Shown piece after piece: positions 35,119-45,540 of a stretch of 64,000 nt of DNA. Made by a program: the position numbers and the translations under genes. Position 1 is the first letter of the stretch, and each line of letters begins with the position of its first letter. Under the pieces are notes generated by a model. It was not told the origin of the DNA. It saw nothing but the letters and a program-made list of their open reading frames with translations, and searched no databases. This DNA comes from an uncultured Candidatus Saccharibacteria bacterium (GTDB taxonomy: Bacteria > Patescibacteriota > Minisyncoccia > UBA6257 > Colwellbacteraceae): the NCBI GenBank assembly GCA_964643135.1, contig CAZXPC010000001.1:103726-167725 (forward strand), read 5' to 3'.

Positions 35119-35990
35119 GGATATGGTTCGCTTATTTTAATCTGAAAACCAGCCGCAGCCTTGTGTCCGCCCCCGCCGTATTTTTGAGCAATTTTGGCCA
35201 CGTCAACTGTCCCGTCCGAACGCAGAGAAACTTTAAGCGAATCGCCTTTACGCCGATAAACAATGCCCAAAGGCGGCATTTTTTTGACCAGCGCATTGCC
35301 TAGTTCGGAATGAATCGTCGTTGGAGAATTAGCAATGAGGGTTCGATAGCCCTCGAATTCGGCCTCCTCGGCTCCCTCAACCATTTCTTTGATGATTCTG
35401 TTTTTGAAATTAAGAATCGCGCGCCCCTCGCCAACAATTCTCTTTCTCAGCTCAGCTTTTTCCAGGTCTTTGGCCAATTTGTCCCATGTTTTGAAGTCCA
35501 TACTGTAGACCGACAAGGCTGAAGCGATTTCGGGCGATTCTTTCAAATTAAATTTCCAGAGATCGACGTCCTGTACGTAGAGCAGCAATTTGGGAATAGT
35601 TTTTCCGGGGTGAAAATATTTCCAAGCGAGGACAGCGCCAGACTGATCAATCGCAAAGGAATGATGCGGAATAGATTCAACCAGGCTTTGCGCAGTCACA
35701 TGATGGTCGATCACGGTCAACGACTTAGATTTGCTCGCGATATAAGTCATTGCCTCCTCCGGGAAACAAAAATCGAGCAGATATATATCTTTCCCGGCCA
35801 AATCGGCCGGAGGCGGCGTATGATGCTCCTGAGGAATATAGTCGGCCTTATTCTTAAACTTCTTCCAGGCAGCATAAGCGGCGCCGAAGCCGTCGGGGCA
35901 ATTACCATGGTAGATAACAACAGCTTTGAGCTTTGAGCTTTGAGCTTTGAGAGATGCTGAACTATTGATTTCTAAAGTCTTCTTTCTCAT
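35100..35990 (-). CDS. DHH-family phosphoesterase, NrnA-like nanoRNase / pAp phosphatase (DHH + DHHA1)
   Basis: DHH domain (KAVVIYHGNCPDGFGAAYAAW; VIDHHV) and DHHA1 with GGGH (YGGGGHKAAAGF). N-terminal 24 aa include the heptanucleotide tandem repeat. Confidence 0.75.
   Translation of the reverse strand: MRKKTLEINSSASLKAQSSKLKAVVIYHGNCPDGFGAAYAAWKKFKNKADYIPQEHHTPPPADLAGKDIYLLDFCFPEEAMTYIASKSKSLTVIDHHVTAQSLVESIPHHSFAIDQSGAVLAWKYFHPGKTIPKLLLYVQDVDLWKFNLKESPEIASALSVYSMDFKTWDKLAKDLEKAELRKRIVGEGRAILNFKNRIIKEMVEGAEEAEFEGYRTLIANSPTTIHSELGNALVKKMPPLGIVYRRKGDSLKVSLRSDGTVDVAKIAQKYGGGGHKAAAGFQIKISEPYPWKVRS
35922..35951. repeat. Heptanucleotide tandem repeat (AGCTTTG)x4.3 inside the 5' coding region of the NrnA-like gene
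   Basis: agctttg agctttg agctttg agctttg ag, read directly from the sequence. Unit length not a multiple of 3. Confidence 0.9.
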
Positions 35991-36007
35991 TTTCTATAAG
36001 CTAAAAG

Positions 36008-37078
36008 CTATAAGCTATGCCTAAGCGCTTCGATAGCCGGCATCTTTTCACCGGCTAAGAAATCGAGCATCGCTCCCCCGCCCGTCGAAACCAAATCTAT
36101 CCTGCTATTTAACTTAAGTTCGGTAATAATCTGAGCAGTCTCGCCGCCGCCGACTATCGAAAGGGCGCGCGATTTGGCGATGGCTCTAGCAATTGTTTTA
36201 GAACCTTCCGCAAACTTTTTGTCTTCAATATAGCCCATCGGACCGCCCCAGATGACCGTTCCGGCCTTTAGAATTCTGTCGGCATAAAGTTTAGCCGTTC
36301 TGGGACCGATGTCTAATATCCTGCCTTCATTATTTTTGGCGTAATCAACAGGGGTGACGATTTTTTCATTAACCGACAGTTTTTTAGCCTCTTCAATCAT
36401 TTCTGCTTCGAAAAGAGATCCGCCGATATCAACACCGCTGGCCTTAAGAAAGGTATTGGCAACGCCGCCGCCGACTAAAATATAATCTATTTTTGAAATA
36501 AGGTTTTTGATGACTCCCATTTTGTCGGCCATCTTGGCCCCGCCCAGAATTAGTAGAAACGGCGACTTGGGACTCTGCATCGCCCGCGTCAAATGAGCCA
36601 CTTCGCGCTTAAAATTAGGCCCCATGCGGCTGGGAATGAATTTAGTAACGCCCACATTTGAGGCATTTTCCCGGTGCGCGGTCGCAAAATCATCGTTGAT
36701 GTAGACGTTGCCCAGCGAGGCTATTGTTTTAGCCAAGCCGGCATCGTTCTCGGATTCGCCCTTCAAAAACCTGGTATTTTCGAGCAAGAAAATAGAACCC
36801 GGCCTTCCCAGGCGAATTATTTCCGCGGCTCTTGGCAGATCTTTGTTGTCGACAAAGACAACCCTTTTCTTGAGCTTCTTTTCGAAAAGCTTGGCAAAAC
36901 GCTTAAGACTGAACTTAAGATCTCTCCCCTCGGGCCGCCCTTCGTGGCTTAAAATCACAACCTTGTTCTTCGAAGACGCGAACTTCTTAATTCCGTTTAC
37001 GGCCGTCAAAAATCTGAGCGATTTAGATTCATCTTTGGCATCTTTGATATCGAGGTTCGTTCCAAAAAGGTATGTCAT
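36008..37078 (-). CDS. pgk: Phosphoglycerate kinase
   Basis: N-domain (VILSHEGRP; LLENTRF), hinge and C-domain (ILGGAKMADKMGVI; GGGETAQ ... STGGGAMLDFL). Confidence 0.85.
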   Translation of the reverse strand: MTYLFGTNLDIKDAKDESKSLRFLTAVNGIKKFASSKNKVVILSHEGRPEGRDLKFSLKRFAKLFEKKLKKRVVFVDNKDLPRAAEIIRLGRPGSIFLLENTRFLKGESENDAGLAKTIASLGNVYINDDFATAHRENASNVGVTKFIPSRMGPNFKREVAHLTRAMQSPKSPFLLILGGAKMADKMGVIKNLISKIDYILVGGGVANTFLKASGVDIGGSLFEAEMIEEAKKLSVNEKIVTPVDYAKNNEGRILDIGPRTAKLYADRILKAGTVIWGGPMGYIEDKKFAEGSKTIARAIAKSRALSIVGGGETAQIITELKLNSRIDLVSTGGGAMLDFLAGEKMPAIEALRHSL

Positions 37079-37755
37079 ACATTAATAATTGTTTCTTTTA
37101 GACTAGCAAACTTCTCTTTAATAAGAGTATCCCTAACCACTTCAAAAACAAAGCGGTAGCCCTTTTGGTTCAAATGCAGGCCGTCCTCAAAATAATTCTC
37201 CCAATTAGGCCGGGCCATCATAATCGAATAAATATCTATAAACAAAGCGCCGGTGTGGTCGCATAAATCCTTGATCAAGCCGTTATACTTCACCGCATAC
37301 TGGTTTTTATAGACCAGGTCTTTGCTCCAATAGACCGGGTTAGTCTTCGACTCGTCAACCGGCAAGAGCGACATAAAGGCTATCTTTTTGCTGAAAATAT
37401 TAGTCAGGCCATGGATCTCGTTGAGGTTCCGGGCAAAAACAGACGGCAGAACATTAAAGTCGCCGGACGCTTTAGAGACCGAAGAATCGTTCTTGCCGAT
37501 ATCGAAAATGATAATATTGTCTGCATCTATGTTGACCCGCTTGCGTAATTCAAACTGAACGCGTTCCAAAACACTCTGCGAATTACTGGACGGAATACCC
37601 AGATTATAGACAATATAATTTATGTAATGTCTCGATATGCCGGAATTCTCGGCTGAGCTCGCTTCGAGATAAGAACGCAGTCGCTGCACCCATCCGCCCT
37701 CGTTATCCCAGACTCCGTAGACATTGCTGCCTCCAAAAACCAAAATATTAGCCAC
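37075..37755 (-). CDS. SGNH/GDSL-family hydrolase
   Basis: Block I GDS-like (ILVFGGSNVYG), block III (DIGKNDS), C-terminal DGLHLN (DxxH). Confidence 0.7.
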   Translation of the reverse strand: MANILVFGGSNVYGVWDNEGGWVQRLRSYLEASSAENSGISRHYINYIVYNLGIPSSNSQSVLERVQFELRKRVNIDADNIIIFDIGKNDSSVSKASGDFNVLPSVFARNLNEIHGLTNIFSKKIAFMSLLPVDESKTNPVYWSKDLVYKNQYAVKYNGLIKDLCDHTGALFIDIYSIMMARPNWENYFEDGLHLNQKGYRFVFEVVRDTLIKEKFASLKETIINV

Positions 37756-37839
37756 GTTAATATCTCAACAATTAAATCTTAAAACTCAAAACTTTTAATA
37801 GTGTAGCATTTTACAGACTGAGCCGCTAGATAGTAGTAT

Positions 37840-39642
37840 ATGGATATGAAAAGTCTTAAGTGGGATCTTGACGACATATTGCCAGTCGGTAAATTCGACC
37901 ACCTTTACCAAGAAACGGCTTTGGCGATAGGGCGGATCGATGAACTATTAAAGAAGCTCAGCCCGGATATGCCGGAGGCCGAGTTTGCAGAAATAATTAA
38001 CTTTGAAGAAAATCTGACAAGCAAATTGATGCGGCTCTATGAGCTGCCGAGCTTGATGGAATCGGTTGATGAGAAATCAGAAAAAGCTAAATTCCTAAAA
38101 AATCGCGCCAAAGACCTTTACCTCCAATTCATTGATAAAAAGCGCCCCCTCGAGCACTGGATCAAAGGGAAAGAAGTCTCCGGTTTCAAAAAACTGGATG
38201 ATGCGAATGCCCAACGTCTTTTCGCGGCTCTCCCCGACCTCGCATATGTACTGGGCTATGAAAGAGAAGCGGCCAAGCATACTTTAACCGAACGCGAAGA
38301 AAAAATAATGACCGAAAAATCCGCGAACGGCGAAGACGTGCTGATCGATCTCCGCGAACTGCTGGAAACTGAGTTGTCTTTTTCGTTTAAACCTTACAAA
38401 AATAAGCCCGCCCGGATCATAAAACGGCCGGAATTGATGTCGCATGTTTCAAGTAAAATTCCAGCGTTTAGAAAAGCGGCTTACGAAGCGCTTTTCTCTA
38501 AATACAAAGATAACTTGGATAAATTCTTCATGATTTATCAGGGCGTGGTTAAAAATTGGGTTAATGAAGCCAAGCTCAGGGGCTTTAAATCCCCGATTGC
38601 GATGCGTAATTTTGCCAATCACATTCCTGACCGGGCAATCGAGGCGCTGCTAGATGTGTCCGCCAAGAATGCCGATGTTTTTCAGAGATACTTTAAATGG
38701 AAAGGCAGGGAGTTAGCTTTGGAGCTTGGTCAAAAAAGGAAGACGGTGAAACTTTCGAGATTCGATCTTTATGCACCGATACACAAAACTGACCGGAAAA
38801 TTACCCTGCCGGAAGCTATTAAGCTTGTTCTTAATACATTTCAGGAATTTTCTCCCAAGTTTGCCGGCTTAGCTAAGCAAATCATCGACGAAAAGCATGT
38901 CGACTCAAACCCCGGACCGACCAAACGAGACGGCGCTTTTTGCGCTACGGTCGGACCTGAGATCACCCCCTATGTTCTTTTGAATTACACCGGCCGAAGC
39001 CGCGATGTTTCAACCTTAGCGCACGAATTGGGCCATGGCGTTCATTCTTTGTATGCAAATTCGCATTCAATCAGTTCCCAGCACGCCAATTTGCCGCTCT
39101 CTGAAACAGCTTCGACGCTGGGCGAGCTGATCTTGTTTGAAAAAATGCTCGCGCGAGAAAAAAATCCTAAAATCAGGAAGGGTATGCTTTCGGACAAAAT
39201 CAGCGAGGCATATGCGACCATTCTCCGCCAAAATTATTTTGTGAGGTTCGAAATCAAAGCTCACGATGAGATTACGAAAGGAATATCGTCGGAAGATCTA
39301 TCGAATCTTTGGCTGGATACTTTGAAAGAACAATTCGGTGATTCGGTTAAAGTTGATCCGGTATTCAAATATGAATGGGCTAATATCCCCCATATTGTGA
39401 GCACGCCGTTTTATTGCTACGCCTATAATTTCGGCGAGCTTTTGTCGCTGGCCCTTTTTAAAAAGTATAAAGTTGAGGGCGCCTTATTCGCGAAGAAGAT
39501 TGAAAAACTCTTAGCCTACGGCGGATCAAAGAACCCGGTTGACGCGCTCCAAGAGATCGGCGTAGATATTTCCTCGCCGGATTTTTGGCAAGACAGTTTT
39601 GAGACTATCAAAAAGTGGCAGGAAGAATTGGAGAAGTTATAG
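37840..39642 (+). CDS. pepF: Oligoendopeptidase F (peptidase M3B)
   Basis: 600 aa. HELGHGVHS zinc-binding HExxH with downstream Glu, and M3B family architecture. Confidence 0.8.
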   Translation: MDMKSLKWDLDDILPVGKFDHLYQETALAIGRIDELLKKLSPDMPEAEFAEIINFEENLTSKLMRLYELPSLMESVDEKSEKAKFLKNRAKDLYLQFIDKKRPLEHWIKGKEVSGFKKLDDANAQRLFAALPDLAYVLGYEREAAKHTLTEREEKIMTEKSANGEDVLIDLRELLETELSFSFKPYKNKPARIIKRPELMSHVSSKIPAFRKAAYEALFSKYKDNLDKFFMIYQGVVKNWVNEAKLRGFKSPIAMRNFANHIPDRAIEALLDVSAKNADVFQRYFKWKGRELALELGQKRKTVKLSRFDLYAPIHKTDRKITLPEAIKLVLNTFQEFSPKFAGLAKQIIDEKHVDSNPGPTKRDGAFCATVGPEITPYVLLNYTGRSRDVSTLAHELGHGVHSLYANSHSISSQHANLPLSETASTLGELILFEKMLAREKNPKIRKGMLSDKISEAYATILRQNYFVRFEIKAHDEITKGISSEDLSNLWLDTLKEQFGDSVKVDPVFKYEWANIPHIVSTPFYCYAYNFGELLSLALFKKYKVEGALFAKKIEKLLAYGGSKNPVDALQEIGVDISSPDFWQDSFETIKKWQEELEKL

Positions 39643-39652
39643 CCGATGACGT

Positions 39653-40702
39653 TTAGTATATTCGGTCTAAGAAGAACAAAACGAGGCCGAGGCCGGAGCC
39701 TACGATTGAAATAATCCAAAAACGCATAGTGACTTGGGACTCGGGCCAACCGATCGCTTCGAAGTGATGATGGAGCGGAGTTGAGAGGAATATTTTCCTC
39801 TTGAAGAGCTTTTTGCTGGTGAGCTGAAGAAGAACCGAGATTGATTCAATAACGGGAACGGCGAAAAAGAAAGGCAGCAGGAAGACCGTGTCGGTTAACA
39901 TGGCCATTACTCCCAACACCATGCCGAGCGCCATTGAACCGGTATCGCCCATAAAGAATTTAGCCGGGTGGACGTTGAACCAGAGAAAAGCTAAGAGACA
40001 GCCGACGATAGCTCCGCTCATAACCGATAAGTTGTATTTTTGGAGAACAAAAGCGATCACGGTATAAGAAACAAAAGAGAAGAGGGATACTCCGCCCAAA
40101 AGACCGTCCAGACCATCTGTCTCATTAGCCGAGAAAGTGGCCGCAATAATAATAAAGGCGAAAATCGGAAAATAGAGCCAGCCGAAATCAATCGCGCCGA
40201 AAAAAGGAATGCTGATCGTCGTTTTCTGAAGAATAAAGTAAAACCACCATGCCCCCAAAAGCCCCAAAATAGTGTAAGCCACCAGCTTGTGTTTTATCTT
40301 GAGCCCTCCGCCAAAAGGACCGATCCGAAAAACGCCGAGCAAGTCGTCAAAGAGGCCCAAAACGGCGGCAATGCCCAGGGCCGCGAGCGGAATATACGTT
40401 TGCGAACGGCTTATAAAGTTTAAGAAATGCAGCGACCCGGCCGATAAATAATCCGCCAGAGCAAAGACTACGGCAAAAACCAGCACGGTGCCCCAGATAA
40501 TGATGCCTCCCATAGTCGGAGTCCCCTCCTTCTTCTTGTGGAGAGCCGAAAAAACCGGTGTCGATCCGTCTTCGCGGATTTGCTTGCCGAAATTGAGGCG
40601 CTTCAAGGCCCTGATAAGCGGCGAAGTCATGATCATGGCTACCGCAAAAGCTGCGATTGTAAATCCGAGTACTCTAATCGCTTCTCCTACTTGTGATTCC
40701 AT
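39653..40702 (-). CDS. mraY: Phospho-N-acetylmuramoyl-pentapeptide transferase
   Basis: 10 TM helices, ANETDGLDGL (NxxNxxDGxDGL), FMGDTGS, PLHHHFE His box. Confidence 0.85.
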   Translation of the reverse strand: MESQVGEAIRVLGFTIAAFAVAMIMTSPLIRALKRLNFGKQIREDGSTPVFSALHKKKEGTPTMGGIIIWGTVLVFAVVFALADYLSAGSLHFLNFISRSQTYIPLAALGIAAVLGLFDDLLGVFRIGPFGGGLKIKHKLVAYTILGLLGAWWFYFILQKTTISIPFFGAIDFGWLYFPIFAFIIIAATFSANETDGLDGLLGGVSLFSFVSYTVIAFVLQKYNLSVMSGAIVGCLLAFLWFNVHPAKFFMGDTGSMALGMVLGVMAMLTDTVFLLPFFFAVPVIESISVLLQLTSKKLFKRKIFLSTPLHHHFEAIGWPESQVTMRFWIISIVGSGLGLVLFFLDRIY

Positions 40703-41601
40703 GAGTTGAGAATATTGTTGGTTTCGTTAAATCGGTCGGCCGTACCTAGTAGAATTATAACTTTATTCGGAGTTTTGCCGGCGCCGATAAAAATGGAGAT
40801 TAGGTTGCCGATGGCTTCGGGCGTAGTGCCGGTTTTGCCGCCTAAGAAATCGCTGCGGCCGGCGAACTGGTTGATATTACTTAACGTTCTCCGCTTGCCG
40901 CTCTTATAATTATAAACCGTATCCGTTTTTTCGCGCGTAAATTTGAATAAGTCCGGTTTATTGTTAAATATGTAGGTCACAAGTTTGTCTAGATCCTCGA
41001 CGGTCGATTGGTTCTGATATGATAAACCAGTCGGGTCGGCAAAATAAGTATTGCGCATGCCGATCTTATAGGCGTAGCTATTCATGGTGTCGACGAATCT
41101 TTGCCGGCCGTAATAATCGGCGATCGCATCGCCGGCGACATTACTGGAAACGATCAAGAGCGCTTTTTCTAAGTCTCGCTCGGAATACGTTTCGCCAACC
41201 GAGAAGTTACCCGCGAAACCCTCAACTTCCGGGTCAATTTGTTTAATCTCGATTTTGTCATTCGGTAAGGTTACGTCGCGGGCGACCAAAGCAGTCATAA
41301 GCTTAGTAAGCGATGCGATTGGCCAGCGGCGGTTCTCGCTCGAGGATTCCAGCTTGGCCCCGCCGGTTGTATAAACGCCGTAAGCCGCGGCGGTAGTCTG
41401 GGGCTCGTCGCTCGCTGAGGCCAAAGAGACGACGCTGCCGTTTGATCTCGCTATCGAAGTTTGGTTAAATTGCGCTGTTTGATTTGTCAGGCTGCTCGAA
41501 ATTCCGGCTACAGATTGCCTCCCGAATTCTTTAGTCAGAAATACTCCGCCTAAAATGATGGCCAAAGACAATAATGCTAATTTTCTTGAGAGCTCGAACA
41601 T
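40687..41601 (-). CDS. D-alanyl-D-alanine carboxypeptidase (S11, PBP5-like, low-molecular-weight PBP)
   Basis: Signal peptide. SLTKLMT (SxxK), VSSNVAGD (SxN), GGKTGTT (KTG). Confidence 0.75.
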   Translation of the reverse strand: MFELSRKLALLSLAIILGGVFLTKEFGRQSVAGISSSLTNQTAQFNQTSIARSNGSVVSLASASDEPQTTAAAYGVYTTGGAKLESSSENRRWPIASLTKLMTALVARDVTLPNDKIEIKQIDPEVEGFAGNFSVGETYSERDLEKALLIVSSNVAGDAIADYYGRQRFVDTMNSYAYKIGMRNTYFADPTGLSYQNQSTVEDLDKLVTYIFNNKPDLFKFTREKTDTVYNYKSGKRRTLSNINQFAGRSDFLGGKTGTTPEAIGNLISIFIGAGKTPNKVIILLGTADRFNETNNILNSWNHK

Positions 41602-42167
41602 TAGTTTTTGATTATTTTTTCTTCAACAACGGGTTCTGAGAATTTCTTGATCAAACCGTTGAACTTTAGGAAATCAGGAAGTTCGCTCTGAGAATTTAAA
41701 CCTAAATATTTCCAAAAATCAAACGTAACTGTGTAAAGAGCGCTGCCCGATTTATCTTTTTCATTTTCTTTTTGGATTAAACCCCGCACTAAAAGGTTCC
41801 GGAGGATAAAGCTTGAGTTAACGCCGCGGATATAATCAATTTGCGCTCTTGGAACCGGCGCCAAATACGCGATGATGGCCAGGGTTTCCAGGCTGGCCGG
41901 CGAGAGGTCAGAATCAAGTTCTTCTTTTACCACCTTTCTAACTGCCTCCTGAAGCTCCGGCTTGGTCGTAAGAGTCGCTTTATCTTCCAAGATCATTAAA
42001 TTCAAGCCGCGATTGGCCGCTTTTAGATCCTCCGCCAATACTAAGAGGCTTTCGCGGACTTTTTTCTCATCAACTTCGAGTATCTCAGCCAACTTTTTGA
42101 TTTTAACCGGTTCGCCGTAAATAAATAATATGGCTTCCAGGCTGGCGGTTAGATTTGTTTCACTCAT
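41601..42167 (-). CDS. scpB: Segregation and condensation protein B
   Basis: EAILFIYGEPVKIKKLAEIL winged-helix N-terminus typical of ScpB. Directly downstream of scpA. Confidence 0.8.
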   Translation of the reverse strand: MSETNLTASLEAILFIYGEPVKIKKLAEILEVDEKKVRESLLVLAEDLKAANRGLNLMILEDKATLTTKPELQEAVRKVVKEELDSDLSPASLETLAIIAYLAPVPRAQIDYIRGVNSSFILRNLLVRGLIQKENEKDKSGSALYTVTFDFWKYLGLNSQSELPDFLKFNGLIKKFSEPVVEEKIIKN

Positions 42168-42177
42168 TGGTCAATAT

Positions 42178-42876
42178 TTAAACTTTAGCGATCTTAATAT
42201 CTTTGAAATCCTCTGTTTGATCAACTTTGATTAAACTATCCTTCAGAAGATGCAAAATTGCAAGGAAGATGACTACTATCTCCGTCCGGTCTTTGCCCCG
42301 GGCGACCTCAGAAAAGTTTGTCGAAGCCATTTGAGTCACTCTTCGGAGCAACTCTTTCATTTTTTCTTCAAAATTTATCAGCGTAACTTTGCCGGTTTCC
42401 ATCTTAGGGAAAATAACGGTTAGTTCATTCGCCAGATTTTCGACGATCGTCTTCAGATCATCAGCCGAGAGAGCCTGGCTAAAGAAAAAGCCTTTTTCCG
42501 CTTGCAGGAAAAAATCACGGCTATAGGAAACTTTCTTAGCCCAGAGATTCTTTATATTTTTCTCAGCCTGTTTAAATTCTTTGTATAAACGCAGCCGATC
42601 TTCAAGATCTTTAATTTCTTCCTGCTCTTCATTCGAGAGCTCGAGATTGGGCAGAAGCGTGTGCGATTTAATAAGAATAAGTTTCGAGGCGACTGATACA
42701 AAATCGGCCAGAACCTTAGGATGAACGTTGGTAAGAGTATTTAAATAATTTAAAAAATCAGCCGTTACCTCGGCGAGATTAACTTTGGTGATCTCCAGGT
42801 CTTTGCCCTCGATTAACTCCAGGAGCTTATCGAGCGGGCCGGAAAACTCGGCGGTTTTCAGTTCATAGGCGTTCAT
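42178..42876 (-). CDS. scpA: Segregation and condensation protein A (kleisin)
   Basis: FSGPLDKLLELIEGKDLEITKVNLAEVTADFL N-terminal kleisin motif; size 232 aa. Confidence 0.8.
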   Translation of the reverse strand: MNAYELKTAEFSGPLDKLLELIEGKDLEITKVNLAEVTADFLNYLNTLTNVHPKVLADFVSVASKLILIKSHTLLPNLELSNEEQEEIKDLEDRLRLYKEFKQAEKNIKNLWAKKVSYSRDFFLQAEKGFFFSQALSADDLKTIVENLANELTVIFPKMETGKVTLINFEEKMKELLRRVTQMASTNFSEVARGKDRTEIVVIFLAILHLLKDSLIKVDQTEDFKDIKIAKV

Positions 42877-42884
42877 CGGGCTCT

Positions 42885-44228
42885 TTAATTGCCTTCGGCT
42901 TGAAGCGAAGCTTTGATGTAATTATTCCGCGGGTCCCACAACATCCAACCGTTATATATCTTATTTATTTCAGCTTGGCTGAGCGATTCGCAGGTTTTAG
43001 TAGTGGTGGTTTTCTTAGTCTTCGGGTCGGTTGTCGCGCCATAAACATACTTGCAAAGGGAATCAGTTGTAGCCGTGATTTGAGCCTTTATTTTGGCGGC
43101 ATCATAAGTTGCCCCTAGGTCGAAACTTTGGAGCCACGGCCGGAGCTTGGCACTAATCGGCAATTTATCACTAATAGCTGATGAGGAACTCGCCTGGCCG
43201 GCATCTGCTAATGTTATTTGTTTTTGGTTATAAGTTATCAGTCTATTATAGGCGCTCTCCATCGAAGCTTGGATGATTTCATATGGGTATTGCGCCGGAT
43301 TTTTGTAGCCGAAAAGCCCGGGCCCGAAATGCGACGGGTAAACCATCGGGGCGACATAATCAAAATTTTCGAAGGCATATTCAATAACTTGCCCAATGCC
43401 CATATCGTCGGTATTGACCGTCGTGAGTCCGAAAACATCGGCCGAAATCTTCGTATTCGACATATTGGCATGCAAATATTGGAAGAAACTCCTGATAACG
43501 TCACTCTTTTTCTCTTTAGTTAAATCAGTGTGCGGATATTGCATGAGGCTCAGGTTGCCGTCAGATGGGAAGCGCAGATAATCGAAATTGATTTCGTCGA
43601 ATCCCCTTGCCGTTGCGTCTTGCGCAATTGAGACAATGTATTTCCACGCATCTTGGCTACCCGGATCAATCCAAGCTAATCCGCTCTTGTCGGTCCAGGT
43701 TTTACCGGTGGCGCTATTTTTAATCGCCAAATCCGGCCGCGCTTTGGCTAAAATCGGGTCTTGAAAATCAGTGACGCGGCCGATCACATAAATGTTGTTG
43801 TCGTGAAGTTTCTTGATGAGTGCATTTATTTTAGGAATGCGAACTTGCCGCGCGCCGGCCTTAACAACTTCGGGAAGCTTGATGTCATAAGTAACTGTGC
43901 CTGAAAAATCTTTGAGGTCAATTACAATCGCATTAAGCTCGGTCGTTTTGATCAGATTAATCAAATAATCCATCTTGGCGGAGCTTCCAGCCGACCAAGA
44001 AGTCGCATAAACCGCTTTTATAAGCTTGGGCGGATTAGCTAGATGCGGTTGGTTGGGCAAATCTGTCTTAGGGTCGATAATTTCTGTGGGCGTCACAGCC
44101 GGGCTTGGGCTCGTCTCCCCGATGCTCGCAACTTCAGGGGTTAAATTGACCTCGTTGTGTCTCGAAAAGGCAAAGATTCCGGCACCCAAAACCAGCACAG
44201 CAATTGTCGGCAGGACAAATCTTCTCAT
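42885..44228 (-). CDS. Secreted putative glycoside-hydrolase-like TIM-barrel protein (DUF4015/GHL-type)
   Basis: Signal peptide / TM. Pro-rich linker. Conserved block YATSWSAG ... ELNAIVIDLKD ... RFPSDG typical of the uncharacterised GH-like family (COG1306). Confidence 0.45.
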   Translation of the reverse strand: MRRFVLPTIAVLVLGAGIFAFSRHNEVNLTPEVASIGETSPSPAVTPTEIIDPKTDLPNQPHLANPPKLIKAVYATSWSAGSSAKMDYLINLIKTTELNAIVIDLKDFSGTVTYDIKLPEVVKAGARQVRIPKINALIKKLHDNNIYVIGRVTDFQDPILAKARPDLAIKNSATGKTWTDKSGLAWIDPGSQDAWKYIVSIAQDATARGFDEINFDYLRFPSDGNLSLMQYPHTDLTKEKKSDVIRSFFQYLHANMSNTKISADVFGLTTVNTDDMGIGQVIEYAFENFDYVAPMVYPSHFGPGLFGYKNPAQYPYEIIQASMESAYNRLITYNQKQITLADAGQASSSSAISDKLPISAKLRPWLQSFDLGATYDAAKIKAQITATTDSLCKYVYGATTDPKTKKTTTTKTCESLSQAEINKIYNGWMLWDPRNNYIKASLQAEGN

Positions 44229-44297
44229 TGATTTTATATTACGCTTTTAAACTTATGAAAGCAATGGAAATCGAGGAATACTAGGTGTATAATCCTG

Positions 44298-45407
44298 TTG
44301 ATGTCACTCGCCATATACCGGAAATATCGGCCGCAGTCATTTGAGGATTTGATCGGCCAGGAAACGGCCGTTGAGGTGTTAAGAAATGCGGCAATTAAAG
44401 ATAAAATCAGCCATGCTTATTTGTTCTACGGCCCGCGGGGAACGGGCAAAACTACAGCCGCGCGCTTGCTTGCCAAAATCGCTAACTGCGAAACCCGCCG
44501 CGACGACCCCAAGTTCAAAGCTAAGGGCGAACCCTGCAACGAATGCCGGCCCTGCAAAGAAATCGAGGAAGGCCGCGCGCTCGACGTTGTTGAAATAGAC
44601 GCGGCTTCCAACCGCGGAATTGATGAAATTCGAAACATTAAAGAAGGCATTCGCCTCTCCCCCAGTTCTTATACTTATAAGGTCTATATTATCGACGAGG
44701 CTCATCAGCTAACCAAAGCCGCCGCTGACGCGCTTTTAAAAACCTTGGAAGAACCGCCGGCTCATGCGATCTTCATTCTCGCTACGACCGAATATGAAAA
44801 AATCCAGCCAACTATAACTTCACGAACTCAACGAATTCACTTTAAGCGCTTGGCCATTTCAAAAGTTGTTGAGAAACTAAAGAAAATAGCTGCCTCCGAA
44901 AAGAAAGTAAAAATTTCTGACGACGCGCTTGACCTCATCGCCGTTACTTCCGAAGGCAGTTTACGCGACGCCGAATCGTTATTAGACCAAGTGATCTCGC
45001 TTGGTGATAATCTAGAGCTCGAAAGAATCGAAAATATTTTAGGCAAAGTTGGCTTTGTCCGCACTTCTTCGCTTGTTAGCCGCCTTATTGCCAATGACAT
45101 CGCCGGCTCGCTCGAATATCTGGCCGAGATTCAAGAGGCCGGGTTTAATATTATCGACCTAACCAAAGACGTCATCCACTATCTCCGCCGAGTACTGGCG
45201 CTAAAGTTTGATCCAAAATTAGAAGAGATATTTAAAACCGAGCTGACCGAGAATGAAATTAAAGAATTAAAAAATCACGCCAAGCAAGCTGACGGCGATA
45301 AAACTATTGCACTCTTAAAAAATCTTATTCGCGCCTACAGCGAAATGCGCTACTCGCCTTTTGCCATCGTGCCGTTAGAGGTCGCGATTATAGAATCCCT
45401 AAAATAA
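44298..45407 (+). CDS. dnaX: DNA polymerase III subunit gamma/tau (short form)
   Basis: YRPQSFEDLIGQE, GPRGTGKTT Walker A, zinc module CNECRPC, DEAHQLT, SRTQRIHF sensor-2. Confidence 0.9.
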   Translation: MMSLAIYRKYRPQSFEDLIGQETAVEVLRNAAIKDKISHAYLFYGPRGTGKTTAARLLAKIANCETRRDDPKFKAKGEPCNECRPCKEIEEGRALDVVEIDAASNRGIDEIRNIKEGIRLSPSSYTYKVYIIDEAHQLTKAAADALLKTLEEPPAHAIFILATTEYEKIQPTITSRTQRIHFKRLAISKVVEKLKKIAASEKKVKISDDALDLIAVTSEGSLRDAESLLDQVISLGDNLELERIENILGKVGFVRTSSLVSRLIANDIAGSLEYLAEIQEAGFNIIDLTKDVIHYLRRVLALKFDPKLEEIFKTELTENEIKELKNHAKQADGDKTIALLKNLIRAYSEMRYSPFAIVPLEVAIIESLK

Positions 45408-45540
45408 GCCAATCCTCGGCTTTGCCTCGGCAACAGGGTTGGCTTGCTTGTATAAGAGTCTCCAGAAGACTAATTGGGCAGACTTCAACCTCACTGCTCG
45501 TCTTCTCCGCGCTAATGCGCTCGAAGATCGATCTCAAGTA

